Shown: positions 21,778 through 31,602 of the stretch, piece by piece
How positions within the stretch are numbered: the first letter of the stretch is position 1
How the letters are laid out: the number at the start of each line of letters is the position of its first letter
Origin: a virus
Length of the DNA stretch: 42,667 nt
IMG/VR virus record: IMGVR_UViG_3300050202_000021
Coordinates: 1 to 42,667 of that record
Strand: one strand, 5' to 3'
Notes under the pieces: generated by a model
The model's database searches: none
Seen by the model: only the letters and a program-made list of their open reading frames with translations
What the model was told of the DNA's origin: nothing
Translations under genes and position numbers: made by a program

Positions 21778-22775
21778 GCGGCACGGATCAGGGCGCGGAC
21801 GAATTCGCTGAATTCGAAAAGGCTGGCGAAGTCGAGGTAGGCACCGACGCGATCGAAAGCAACGAAGCTGACGACGCGGAAAAACCCGCCAAACCAGCCA
21901 AGCCGAAAGACGCCAAAAAGCCCAAGGAACCGGCTGAACCTGCGTCCGACGATGACGAGGAAGACGCGGAAGCTGATGACGCCGACGATGGCGAGGAAGA
22001 TGAGGAAGAAGAAAAACCTAAAGGCAAAACCAAGCAAAAACCCTCGGAACGCATTCGCGAATTGAGTGCGCGTCTGCGGGCTGAAGAACGCTTGCGTCGT
22101 GCCGCTGATGAGCGCTTGACAAACCTTGAAAAAAATCTCTTGCCAGCAAATCGCACCGATGCTAATTCGAGCGGCGACAGGGGAAATACGCCAGCGCCCG
22201 ATCCTTCGGACGAAGACAAATACCCCCTCGGGCACCTCGACGACCGTTACATCGAGGATAAGCTCGATTGGCTCGCTACTCAAAAAGCAGCCGAAAGAGC
22301 CGATGCGGTCCTGCAACGTCAGCAGGAAAGCGAGCAATTGGCGCAGGCTGAAAAAGCCCATGCCGAATTGCTCGAAAAGGTCGATGATCTTTCCACGCGC
22401 GGCTCCGAACAATACGACGATTTCCAGGAAGCCGTGGTGGAAGCAGGGATGCGGGGCGATTGGCGTCTCGATCAGCCGACCTTCGAAGCTGCGCACGAGG
22501 CTGAAAACGGATCGCAAATTCTCTACGAGCTTTCGCAGGACAAGAAGGAAGCGGCTCGCGTTGCCGGGCTCTCCCCATACAACCAGCTAAAGTTTGTCAT
22601 GGAGCGCGACGCCGAAATTTCTGCCAAGGGCAAAGCTCGCAAGATTCCGGGGGCTGGCGCACCGCCTGCTACGCAGACCAGGGGCGCTAATTCCCGAACC
22701 CGGATCAGTCCGACGACCGACAACCTTGACGATTTCGAAAAGGCTTGGGAAGCGGACGCTAAGGGCAAGCGTTAA
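21774..22775 (+). CDS. Scaffolding protein
   Basis: 333 aa, highly acidic and coiled-coil rich, located between the portal and coat genes. ATGA overlap. Confidence 0.7.
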   Translation: MSGTDQGADEFAEFEKAGEVEVGTDAIESNEADDAEKPAKPAKPKDAKKPKEPAEPASDDDEEDAEADDADDGEEDEEEEKPKGKTKQKPSERIRELSARLRAEERLRRAADERLTNLEKNLLPANRTDANSSGDRGNTPAPDPSDEDKYPLGHLDDRYIEDKLDWLATQKAAERADAVLQRQQESEQLAQAEKAHAELLEKVDDLSTRGSEQYDDFQEAVVEAGMRGDWRLDQPTFEAAHEAENGSQILYELSQDKKEAARVAGLSPYNQLKFVMERDAEISAKGKARKIPGAGAPPATQTRGANSRTRISPTTDNLDDFEKAWEADAKGKR

Positions 22776-22829
22776 TTGGCGTCGTGAGGGAAATCCCGAT
22801 CGGCAAAACAAGCAGAAAGGGATTTCCTC

Positions 22830-24146
22830 ATGGGTGCCGTCACTACCGAACAGCAAAAGCTCGTTCTCAACGCCTTCGCCATGGTTCTTCAGAACAACCT
22901 CGTCACCGCGTCGGCTGTGACGTGGAACGAAATGGACGGCGAAATGGACGATCGCAACGGGCTTCAGGTGCTCGAACAGATCACGCCGCGCTACAATGTC
23001 ACGCGCACCGAAAACGGCGTCAAGGATTTGTCGGCCGGCACCGATGGCACTGTGTTTGGTTCCGAGCTTTTCGAAATCACCGGCACGTTCAACGCGAACA
23101 TGGGCTGGGGCGATTTCGTCAAGATAAAGTCGATCGGCAATGCGCGTGAAAGCAAGGCGCTGCTCGGCGCGGCAACCAGCATGGCGGAAAAAATCGACGC
23201 CTACATCATGCAGATTGCCACGCTGGCGTCGGCTGATTGGACCGGCACGCCGAACAACGCGGTTGCGCAGTGGACGGATGCGGTCGCGGGCTACACGCGC
23301 CTGAAGGAAAACGGCGTCGATGACGACGAGCTTTCCTACATCATGAATTATTTCGACATGCAGCAATTGGGCGACCAGGTGGTCAAGCTGCCCGCGCCCG
23401 ACGCGTTTTCGACCTCGACCTATCGCAAGGGCTTCTCGGGCGAAATCAACGGCATTCGGACGATGTTCACGAACCAGCTTCCGAACCTTACGGTCGGGAC
23501 GCGCGCACAGACGGCAGCGTCGGCGGTCGATGGCGCGGCGCAGGGCGTCAATTATGCCGCCGTTGCCAAGGCGGGCACGACCAATGGCCTACACATGACG
23601 CAGACGATTCTGTTGCGTGCTGCGGGCAATGCGCTGACGTTCAAGGCGGGTGAGGTGTTCACGATCCCCGGTGTGTTCGCATACGACAATCGCAAGCAGG
23701 CGCTCGTTTCGCCTGCACGGCTTCAGCAGTTTACCGTCTGCAACGATGCCGTTTCGAGCGCGGGCGGGGCGGTCACACTGCGGATTTTCCCGGCGATCAT
23801 CGTTCCGGGATCGGGTGCTGGCGACAACATCAACATCAACACGGCGCACGCGACGGTTTCCGCCGCGCCGGCCGATGGTGCGGTGCTGACGTTCATCGGG
23901 GCCGCGAGCGCCAATCTGTCGCCGCGTGTCGTGATCCAGAAGCAGGCGATCGTCGTCAACACGGTGCCGTTGATCCTGCCCGCGAGCGACACGTCAATGC
24001 GCCGCAAGCTCGCGAAAATCCCTTTGACTGTCCGTATGTGGCAGCACAGCGATTTCTATACCGGCGAGCATGGCGTCCGCTTCGATGTCGCGCTCAATGC
24101 CAACATTCGCGAGCGGATGCGGATTACCCGGATCAACGGCGCTTAA
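22830..24146 (+). CDS. Major capsid protein (P22 coat-like)
   Basis: 438 aa. Its position after the scaffold gene and its size match P22 gp5. A strong hairpin follows it. Confidence 0.7.
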   Translation: MGAVTTEQQKLVLNAFAMVLQNNLVTASAVTWNEMDGEMDDRNGLQVLEQITPRYNVTRTENGVKDLSAGTDGTVFGSELFEITGTFNANMGWGDFVKIKSIGNARESKALLGAATSMAEKIDAYIMQIATLASADWTGTPNNAVAQWTDAVAGYTRLKENGVDDDELSYIMNYFDMQQLGDQVVKLPAPDAFSTSTYRKGFSGEINGIRTMFTNQLPNLTVGTRAQTAASAVDGAAQGVNYAAVAKAGTTNGLHMTQTILLRAAGNALTFKAGEVFTIPGVFAYDNRKQALVSPARLQQFTVCNDAVSSAGGAVTLRIFPAIIVPGSGAGDNININTAHATVSAAPADGAVLTFIGAASANLSPRVVIQKQAIVVNTVPLILPASDTSMRRKLAKIPLTVRMWQHSDFYTGEHGVRFDVALNANIRERMRITRINGA

Positions 24147-24171
24147 AGCTCCCGCTTCGGGCTTCGTTGAT

Positions 24172-24205
24172 GGCCCGCCCTGTTTTCTCCATTTCAGGGC
24201 GGGCC
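24172..24205 (+). terminator. Stem-loop after the capsid gene (no U-tract)
   Basis: GGCCCGCCCTG, 12-nt loop, CAGGGCGGGCC. Confidence 0.4.
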
Positions 24206-24243
24206 TTAGCCATTGAAAGGCTCGGGCATTGAAAGGCAATAGC

Positions 24244-24498
24244 ATGGCAGTGAAAGAGCTTTACACGCCTACAGTTATCGGAATTAACAGTTTTGTAATC
24301 GTGGGCGGCGCAAATATTGGTGGATTTATCGCCAAAACGGCGGGCACCATCACTGTCACGGACGCCAGCGGCGCACTGATTATTGATGCGATCCCGTTGA
24401 CGGCCGGTGTCTATACGCCGTTGCCTTTCACCTCGGAGAGGTTTCGCGGTGCGCGAGTGCAGTTGGCTGGCGGCGCGAGCGGCGTTTTGGCGACGTGA
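24244..24498 (+). CDS. Hypothetical virion-module protein (84 aa)
   Basis: ATG at 24244 (MAVKELYTPTVIG...). Confidence 0.5.
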   Translation: MAVKELYTPTVIGINSFVIVGGANIGGFIAKTAGTITVTDASGALIIDAIPLTAGVYTPLPFTSERFRGARVQLAGGASGVLAT

Positions 24499-24635
24499 CG
24501 TGCTAATTTTTCAAGCCGCGACAATGTGGCAGATCATAAATTCGGGCGGGCCTGTGCAGACACCACAAGGCAAGCTCGATTTTTCAAAAGCGGATCGCAC
24601 AGTTTTCATGATGCTTTTCACAGAGGATTTTTGAT

Positions 24636-25763
24636 ATGCCAACGATTTCGGTAATCGACGCGCAAAACAATCCGCAGAACGTCGAATTACCGAACGGTAA
24701 TGGGCAGGCGACTATGGCGAATTCTCGCCCTGTCGTGCTCGCCAGCAACCATACCGCGATCCAGGTTGTGTTTGGTGCAGCACCAATCGTCAATCTCGGC
24801 ACGATCGCTGGCGTTGCGACGGAAAATACGCTGAATGCGTTAAACGCAAAAACGCCTGTGCTCGGACAGGCTTTGGCGGCGGCGTCGTCGCCTGTCGTGA
24901 TCGCCAACAACCAGTCTGAAATTCCGACCGCCACTGTCGATAGCGTGGTCGGGCCAACCAATATTACGACACAAAATCTTGTGCCGGCCGGTGCAGCTAC
25001 CGCCAATAGCGCGGTCGCACTTAGCCCGGCGGGACGCTCGGGCCTCACGATCCAGGTAACGGGTGTATATACCGGTGCGCTGACGCTGCAAGGCACCCTC
25101 GACGGGGTGGTTTGGGTCACGATCGGCGGCACGCCGCTTTTGAACGTCGCGACGGGTGCAGGATCGGCGACGATCGCCAGCGCGACACAAGGCATTTTTC
25201 AGGCTGAATGCGCAGGCTTTAGCCAAGTGCGCGTCACCGCTCTTGCCGCAGTTACCGGCACTGCCGTTGTGACTATGCGAGCAAATGCGGTGGCGGGCGT
25301 TACCAATATTGCTGATCCGTTGCCGTCCGGCGCAAATACACTTGGCGCGGTCAATATCGCGGCAGGGCAGACGCTCGGCACCGTTACGACGCTCGCCACG
25401 ATGACAACAGGTAACGTGCAGACAATTCCGCAGACGTCGCTTTTTGTGAATTCGGCCGCAAGCGTCAATAATACGCTCGTCAAGGGTGGTGCAGGGCAAT
25501 TGTTCACTGTCACAATTTCCAATAACGGCGCAGCGGCGGCATTCGTCAAATTTTACAATAAGGCGACGGCTCCGGTGGCAGGCACCGACACGCCGGTTAT
25601 GGTGATCCCGGTTCCGGCGACGGGCAATGTTTCGCTGCAATTTGGGACGGTGGGGCAACAATTCGCAACGGGCATCGGCCTTGCAATCACCAATCTGATC
25701 GCCGATGCAGATGCTACGGCGGTCGCAGCGGGGCAAGTCAAGGTCGCGTTGACCTTCAGATAA
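24636..25763 (+). CDS. Virion structural protein (unknown role)
   Basis: 375 aa, rich in A/T/V/G. AGAGGA lies upstream of the start. Confidence 0.6.
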   Translation: MPTISVIDAQNNPQNVELPNGNGQATMANSRPVVLASNHTAIQVVFGAAPIVNLGTIAGVATENTLNALNAKTPVLGQALAAASSPVVIANNQSEIPTATVDSVVGPTNITTQNLVPAGAATANSAVALSPAGRSGLTIQVTGVYTGALTLQGTLDGVVWVTIGGTPLLNVATGAGSATIASATQGIFQAECAGFSQVRVTALAAVTGTAVVTMRANAVAGVTNIADPLPSGANTLGAVNIAAGQTLGTVTTLATMTTGNVQTIPQTSLFVNSAASVNNTLVKGGAGQLFTVTISNNGAAAAFVKFYNKATAPVAGTDTPVMVIPVPATGNVSLQFGTVGQQFATGIGLAITNLIADADATAVAAGQVKVALTFR

Positions 25764-25774
25764 GGAGAAAAAGA

Positions 25775-26194
25775 ATGGACGACAAAATCCCGTGGCCGTC
25801 ATGGCGTTATGGCCCCAACGGCGAAAGCCAGGTTTTCGAAACCGCAAGCGCGGTGCCGGCCGGCTGGCAGGATCACCCGTCGAAGGTGGTCACAGCGGCC
25901 CGCTCGGGCAGTGAGCCCTTGCCGCCGCAGACGGACCAGGTGCCGCCGGAACAGCGCGGCGCAGCGCCTGTGCAGCAGCCGAACGACGCGACAGGCGAAC
26001 AGAGCGGCGGCGCGGCGCGCGATACGCAGATTTCCGACGTCAGCAACACGCTTGACGCGGACGGCTGGCCATGGTCGGCTGAATTGCACTCTGCGACGCA
26101 GAGCCAAACCAAGGCGGGCTTGTGGCGTATGAAGGTCGGTGCGAGCCGTCCCGATCCCAAGCCAAGCCATCTTAAGCCTGTGCTCGATTTGTAA
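25775..26194 (+). CDS. Hypothetical protein with GWPWSAELH..GLWRMKVG motif
   Basis: 139 aa with AGGAG upstream. It shares a 38-aa motif with 1909..2625. Ends PVLDL. Confidence 0.65.
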   Translation: MDDKIPWPSWRYGPNGESQVFETASAVPAGWQDHPSKVVTAARSGSEPLPPQTDQVPPEQRGAAPVQQPNDATGEQSGGAARDTQISDVSNTLDADGWPWSAELHSATQSQTKAGLWRMKVGASRPDPKPSHLKPVLDL

Positions 26195-26218
26195 TTTCGG
26201 GCGGTATGAGGTGCTTCC

Positions 26219-26986
26219 GTGACTTTGATTTCGTCGATCATCAACGATGCTTTTCGCGAGTGTAATATTATCGCGCTTGGCAAAGAACCGACACCAAATC
26301 AGAGCACGGAAGCGCTTCGACTGCATAATTCAATTCTGACAGCCGTTTACGGCGGCGAAGCAGGTGAGCGATTGGAAGATTGGCCTTTGGGCACCTTCAA
26401 TCGTGACGCCAGCGACGACAATTTCGAAATTCCCTACACCGAAGACCGTTTGCGCCAGCCGCCGATCAATCAACGGCTGATCGCGCTCAATTTGACCGCC
26501 ACGACGATCCGGTTCACGCTGACGCCACAGGACGGCGCGCGCATGGGGATCGCCGATCCTTTCAGCCGGCTCGCGACGGCACCGGTGACGCTCGACGGCA
26601 ACGGGCGACCAATTGAGGGCGCGGCGACGATTCTATTGAACGTCGATGGCACGTTTCGCGAATGGCTCTATCGGGCTGATCTTTCGGCATGGGTGCGGAT
26701 CACTGATTTGACCGAAACCGACGAAAACCCTTTTCCCGCCGCCTATGACACGATGTTTATAATTTTGCTCGCGATGCGGCTGAACCCGCGTTACGGGCGC
26801 GCGCTCGACGACCAGAGCATCGCGATGCTGAAGCAGAACAAGCGGGAATTTGTGGCGCGCTATCTTCAATCCCGGCCGCTCGAAATCGACGACAGCATTT
26901 CGTGGCCTTTCATGTCCACGCAAAGCTGGGACACGCAGCGCGCGTTTTCCTCAAATCGCGGTTTTAATCGCGGTAATTACGGGTAA
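26219..26986 (+). CDS. Head-to-tail adaptor (P22 gp4-like, tentative)
   Basis: 255 aa. The N-terminal SIINDAFRECNIIALGKEPTPNQSTEALRLHNSILTAVYG resembles the gp4-type adaptor N-terminus. Its position before a gp10-like gene fits. Confidence 0.45.
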   Translation: MTLISSIINDAFRECNIIALGKEPTPNQSTEALRLHNSILTAVYGGEAGERLEDWPLGTFNRDASDDNFEIPYTEDRLRQPPINQRLIALNLTATTIRFTLTPQDGARMGIADPFSRLATAPVTLDGNGRPIEGAATILLNVDGTFREWLYRADLSAWVRITDLTETDENPFPAAYDTMFIILLAMRLNPRYGRALDDQSIAMLKQNKREFVARYLQSRPLEIDDSISWPFMSTQSWDTQRAFSSNRGFNRGNYG

Positions 26987-26992
26987 TCGAAA

Positions 26993-28252
26993 ATGGCTGA
27001 CGTTCCTCTAGGTCGCGCGGATTATCACCGCAGCGTCGCCAAGGAAGCGCGCATTCAGACGCGCAACAGGTATTTCGAGCAAAACCCGATTCTCAACAAA
27101 AACAACACGGCGCTAATTTCCCGGCCGGGACTGCATCGGTGGATCAAAGTAGGCGACGGGCCGATCCGGGGCATCTATTCGCAGCCGGGGAGTTTCGACG
27201 GAGCCCTGTTCGTCGTCAGCGGCATTGAGTGGTATCGCGTCGATAGTAACGGGACGGTGACGTTCCTCATCGGGGGGCTTAATCCAGGCGGCGGCTCTGT
27301 CAGCATGGCGGGCACCGGTAATATCGGCGACACGCCGGCATTTATGTTTTTAGCCGATGGCCGTAGCCTTTATGCGTATATTGAAGATGGATATGCGCGC
27401 GGCACGATTTCGGGATCGCCGACGAATAACGCGCTCGTGCGTGTCGGCACGATGTATTACAAATTCACTAACGCTTCGGTGGATGCGGGAACGCCGGACG
27501 GCACCTTAGCTAACCCGTGGTTGGTGAAACTTAGTCTGATCGACGCAATTTCGTGGCAAAGCCTTAGCTACGCGTTCGGTGCGACGGGCGAAGAAGGTGT
27601 CGATTACTCGACAGGCTTGATCCTCAATCCCGACATTCAAGTTACCGACGTGCAGGCAAATTCGGTCTCGATCCGCGCCAATGCGATAGGGGTGCTCGGC
27701 AACGGCATTCCGACGACAGAGACCGGCGGGAGCATGGAGTGGGCCGCAGCAACCTTGACAGGCGGCGGAACGCCGTTCGTTTTTCCTGTGCAGATGCCCG
27801 ATGACGTTGGCGTCATTTCGCTCGGCTATATCGCGTCCTATGTCGTCGTTGTGCCTGCGCAAGGCCAGGGGATCAACGGGCGGTTCTTTTGGATCGATCC
27901 CGGCGAAACCACGATCGATCCGTTGGATTTTGCGACGGCAGAACGTGCGCCCGATCCGATTTTCAACGTCGTGGTTTTCGGCGATCAATTCTGGTTGCCA
28001 GGCGCGACCACGACCGAAGTTTGGTATTTTACTGGTAATACCGACAGCCCGGTTTTGCGGTTGCAGGGCGTCACTTTTGATCGCGGATCGTGGGACGGCA
28101 CGGCGCTTCAAGTCAAGGAAAGCATGATAATCGTCGATAGCGACGGTGGCGTCTTTCAAATTTCGGGCGGGTTGAAAAGGATCAGCAATCCGAGTATCGA
28201 AGAACGCGTGCGCAAAGCGATCCAGTTTCAGGCTTCCCGCATTCTCTATTGA
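26993..28252 (+). CDS. Tail hub / DNA stabilisation protein (P22 gp10-like, tentative)
   Basis: 419 aa. ..RNRYFEQNP...ISRPGLHRWIKVGDGPIRGIY...GALFVVSGIEWYRV. Confidence 0.5.
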   Translation: MADVPLGRADYHRSVAKEARIQTRNRYFEQNPILNKNNTALISRPGLHRWIKVGDGPIRGIYSQPGSFDGALFVVSGIEWYRVDSNGTVTFLIGGLNPGGGSVSMAGTGNIGDTPAFMFLADGRSLYAYIEDGYARGTISGSPTNNALVRVGTMYYKFTNASVDAGTPDGTLANPWLVKLSLIDAISWQSLSYAFGATGEEGVDYSTGLILNPDIQVTDVQANSVSIRANAIGVLGNGIPTTETGGSMEWAAATLTGGGTPFVFPVQMPDDVGVISLGYIASYVVVVPAQGQGINGRFFWIDPGETTIDPLDFATAERAPDPIFNVVVFGDQFWLPGATTTEVWYFTGNTDSPVLRLQGVTFDRGSWDGTALQVKESMIIVDSDGGVFQISGGLKRISNPSIEERVRKAIQFQASRILY

Positions 28253-28264
28253 GGGTTTTCGATC

Positions 28265-29302
28265 ATGCTTGTGCACATGGACAATTTCTCGCTTTACGGT
28301 TTGGGCGGCGAAACGCGCATGACTGAAGGCGTGTATGCTAACCGGTTCGGCACGGAAGTCGTCGCCGATCCCGATATCAACGCCCCGCTCGGAAGCCTTG
28401 CGGCAAAGCCCACGGATTTTTCATTTCTTTACAGCGGATTTCGTTTTGTCTTGCCGACGCCGCAGGCCATTGTCGGGGCCGGCTGGCGTTGGTGGGTCAA
28501 TAACATTCCAGTCGGTGACAACGATCGGCCGGGCGTGACGTTTTCCAATGCTGCAAACATTCCGATTGTGTCGGTCACGATCAATACGCTTGGCGGCTTG
28601 GTGCTGCGCACCGGCAACGCTTCGGGCGCAGCGATTGCGACCACGGAAGGTCCGGTAGTCACGGCATCGGGCTGGTATCATATCGAAGTGAAGCTCGACA
28701 CGCTGAACGGTGTTGAAATTCGCGTCGAGGGCCGCACTGTGCTGACGTATGCGAACAATTTTATTGCAGCCTGCCAGAACGTCTTTTTTGGCATGTATAG
28801 CAATAATGGCTCGCCGCGTGACTGCTATTACAAAGATATCGTTGTCTGGAATGGCTCGGGGCCGAACAACAATGATTTTCTCGGCGCGGTGGCGGTGGTC
28901 AATCTTTCGCCGACGAGCGACGTTGCGCTAAACTGGACACCATCAACAGGCACAACCGGTTTTGCGATCCTCGACAATATTCCACCGAACGACGGGCAAT
29001 ATATTCAGGCGAATTTACCCGCGCCTGCACCTTACCGGTGCGGACTCTCGGATTTGCCGCTGGAAATTACCAGCGTGCGCGCGGTGATGACTGTCGTGCG
29101 GGCTGCGAAGGTGGACGGCGGCGACGGGAGCTTGCAAAATGCCGTGGTGAGCGCAGGCGTCACGACGCTTGGAGCCGATCGGGCGATCAACACGTCTTCG
29201 ACATACTGGCGCGATATTTTCGAGCGCGATCCAGCGACGAATGCTCCGTGGCTTCCAAGCGCGGTAAATCTTGCCACCATGCAAATTAACCGCACAACCT
29301 AA
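28265..29302 (+). CDS. Virion structural protein (possibly a lectin-like beta-sandwich)
   Basis: 345-aa ORF in the tail module. Confidence 0.55.
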   Translation: MLVHMDNFSLYGLGGETRMTEGVYANRFGTEVVADPDINAPLGSLAAKPTDFSFLYSGFRFVLPTPQAIVGAGWRWWVNNIPVGDNDRPGVTFSNAANIPIVSVTINTLGGLVLRTGNASGAAIATTEGPVVTASGWYHIEVKLDTLNGVEIRVEGRTVLTYANNFIAACQNVFFGMYSNNGSPRDCYYKDIVVWNGSGPNNNDFLGAVAVVNLSPTSDVALNWTPSTGTTGFAILDNIPPNDGQYIQANLPAPAPYRCGLSDLPLEITSVRAVMTVVRAAKVDGGDGSLQNAVVSAGVTTLGADRAINTSSTYWRDIFERDPATNAPWLPSAVNLATMQINRTT

Positions 29303-29303
29303 C

Positions 29304-30101
29304 ATGGCGATCACTCCCACGATCCGCGTAGCGCAAGGGTTGCTGCTCGCGACCTATAATTTTCCGACGTCTTCGTTGCTCGCTTCGCAGGGCGGCATTC
29401 AGGTAGCTTTTCGGCAAACTGCAAAGGTCGAGGTATCGCAAGCGAGCGTTATGGTAGCGGCGCGCGGACGCGTCGGCGATCCTCGGCTGCGTGCATGGAC
29501 GTTCACTCTCGACGGCCACGATTTTTACGTGCTGCGGCTCGGAAATGATACGACGCTGCTTTACGACGTCTCGTCGGAACAATGGATTGAATGGACCAGC
29601 GGCAATTTGCCGATATGGCGCGCTAATACGGGAATTTCGTGGTTGGGGGCCGGTGGACTACCGCAGGAATATGGGTCAAACGTCGTCGTCGGCGATGACA
29701 CATTCGGGCTTTTGTGGTTCCTCGATCCGACACAGCCTTACGACGAAAACCCAAGTGCGGATTTGGAAACTCAACAGCTTGCTTTTCCAAGGATCGTTGC
29801 AGGCCAGGTTCTCGCCAAAGGCCGGCAGTATATTCCCTGCTACGCTATTTTTGTCGATGGCGACAATTACGGCTTGACCGCGATAGATTTCACGCCGGCC
29901 GTCACGCTGGAAACCAGCGACGACCAAGGCCGCACATTCATCACGCACGGCACGATCGAGGTTGAGAGCGACACAAGCGTCAACAATCCTTACGAGTGGC
30001 TTTCGCTCGGGCAAATCAATTCGCCAGGCCGCATTTTCAGGATCACTGACAACGGTATTTTCACGCGGATCGACAGCATGGAAATGAATGATGGCGAATG
30101 A
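29304..30101 (+). CDS. Virion structural protein
   Basis: 265 aa from ATG 29304, 1 nt after the upstream stop. Confidence 0.55.
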   Translation: MAITPTIRVAQGLLLATYNFPTSSLLASQGGIQVAFRQTAKVEVSQASVMVAARGRVGDPRLRAWTFTLDGHDFYVLRLGNDTTLLYDVSSEQWIEWTSGNLPIWRANTGISWLGAGGLPQEYGSNVVVGDDTFGLLWFLDPTQPYDENPSADLETQQLAFPRIVAGQVLAKGRQYIPCYAIFVDGDNYGLTAIDFTPAVTLETSDDQGRTFITHGTIEVESDTSVNNPYEWLSLGQINSPGRIFRITDNGIFTRIDSMEMNDGE

Positions 30102-31095
30102 GCTTCAGCCGCTTGTCAGCAATCAGAAAATTGCCAACCCCGATGGCACACCTACAGATTATTTTATTCGTTGGGCACAGCAACGGCAAATCGACATTCA
30201 AAATGGGATCAACGCGGAGCAAGCGCAGCAGCTTATCAACGATTGGGCAGCGCAGCGGGACATTATCGCGGGCAACGGTTTGAACGGTGGGGGGCCTCTT
30301 TCAAGCGACGTGACACTGAATGTCGGTGCAGGAATTGGGATCGATGTTTCGGCTAGTGCAATTAGTTTGGAAGACACAGCCGTCGTGCCGGGCGTTTATG
30401 GCGATGCCACCAATGTTGCTCAAATTACCGTGGATCAGCAAGGGCGAATTACGAACGTCGTCAATGTTCCGATCACTGGTGGGGGCGGCGGGGGCGCACC
30501 ACCGACACTGGTAGGCGCAACCGTTGTTTGGGTGAACAATTCAAATTCTGTCAACGTCGCTTTGCCTGCGGGCACGGTGGCGGGCGATCTTGTCGTCTAT
30601 GCAGCGAATAATGGTTGGAGCGTAAACACGCCATCTGGGTTTACCTCGCTTAGTAGTTTGCCCGGAAGCAACACCAATGGGGCAGCGAGCTACAAGACTC
30701 TGACGGCGGCAGATATTGCCGCAGGCTTCATTGTCGGGACTTTCTCGAATTCCTATTTCGGTGCCGCCGGCATCATGGTTTTTGCAGGTGCAACAGTGAC
30801 CCTAGTCACTTTGGGCGTCGATGCACGCAATACCGGCTCGACTGGCACCGTGCCGTTGGTGACGCCGCTATCGGTCAACCCGCGACAGACTGCGGTGATC
30901 TATGGGGGTGCGCGAGGCAACGGGGCAGTCAGCTTCGCCACGGCAACCAGTGCCGGCAACGTCGCCAATGTCGAGGGCTCGGCAGCGATGGGTTATTACA
31001 CCCCGACAGCGACAGCACCTTATGCGGACACGATCACTTTCGCCAACGATCCGAGCGGAAACTACGGGGTTATCATTGTCGTGACGGGGACGTAA
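30088..31095 (+). CDS. Tail fibre protein
   Basis: 335 aa. NPDGTPTDYFIRWAQQ and LEDTAVVPGVYGDATNVAQITVDQQGRITNVVNVPI are typical phage tail-fibre motifs. A Gly run follows. Confidence 0.7.
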   Translation: MMANELQPLVSNQKIANPDGTPTDYFIRWAQQRQIDIQNGINAEQAQQLINDWAAQRDIIAGNGLNGGGPLSSDVTLNVGAGIGIDVSASAISLEDTAVVPGVYGDATNVAQITVDQQGRITNVVNVPITGGGGGGAPPTLVGATVVWVNNSNSVNVALPAGTVAGDLVVYAANNGWSVNTPSGFTSLSSLPGSNTNGAASYKTLTAADIAAGFIVGTFSNSYFGAAGIMVFAGATVTLVTLGVDARNTGSTGTVPLVTPLSVNPRQTAVIYGGARGNGAVSFATATSAGNVANVEGSAAMGYYTPTATAPYADTITFANDPSGNYGVIIVVTGT

Positions 31096-31208
31096 AAATT
31101 CTTGACCTGTGCAAAAATCGCATCTAGCAAAGGTTCCGCCACCGCCGCTTTATGCGCCACCAGAAACAGGACCACCGGGGGTTTTAGGTTCGCTCTGAAG
31201 CCAGGCGC

Positions 31209-31601
31209 ATGTCCCGCGAAGAAACCTTAGTCATTGAAGCGATCAATACCAGTCCGCTTAATCGCGGATTGAAGGGTGCTGATTGGCTGGCTTCGCCGGG
31301 TAATATCCCAATTGTCATAGGCGATAACGTTGCGCTGTTCGACGATGGCGGTGAAGGGGTTTACGAGGTGCATTTCCTCTTTGTGTCGCGCGGCCGGGCG
31401 GCGATCATTGCGGCCCGCGAGAGCTTTCGTCGCATGTTCGTCGATCATGGCGCAGAATTGATTTTTGGGATGGTGCCGAAATTTCGGCGGGACGTGAATA
31501 TGCTCGCACGTTGGGCGGGCGGAAAATTGATTGGGGAGCGGCCCACCATCGAAGGGCTGTGTGATCTTTTTGTGCTTTCGCGCGAAATGTGGAGCCGCTG
31601 A
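31209..31601 (+). CDS. Hypothetical protein (moron-like position)
   Basis: 130-aa ORF after a 113-nt gap. Confidence 0.5.
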   Translation: MSREETLVIEAINTSPLNRGLKGADWLASPGNIPIVIGDNVALFDDGGEGVYEVHFLFVSRGRAAIIAARESFRRMFVDHGAELIFGMVPKFRRDVNMLARWAGGKLIGERPTIEGLCDLFVLSREMWSR

Positions 31602-31602
31602 A

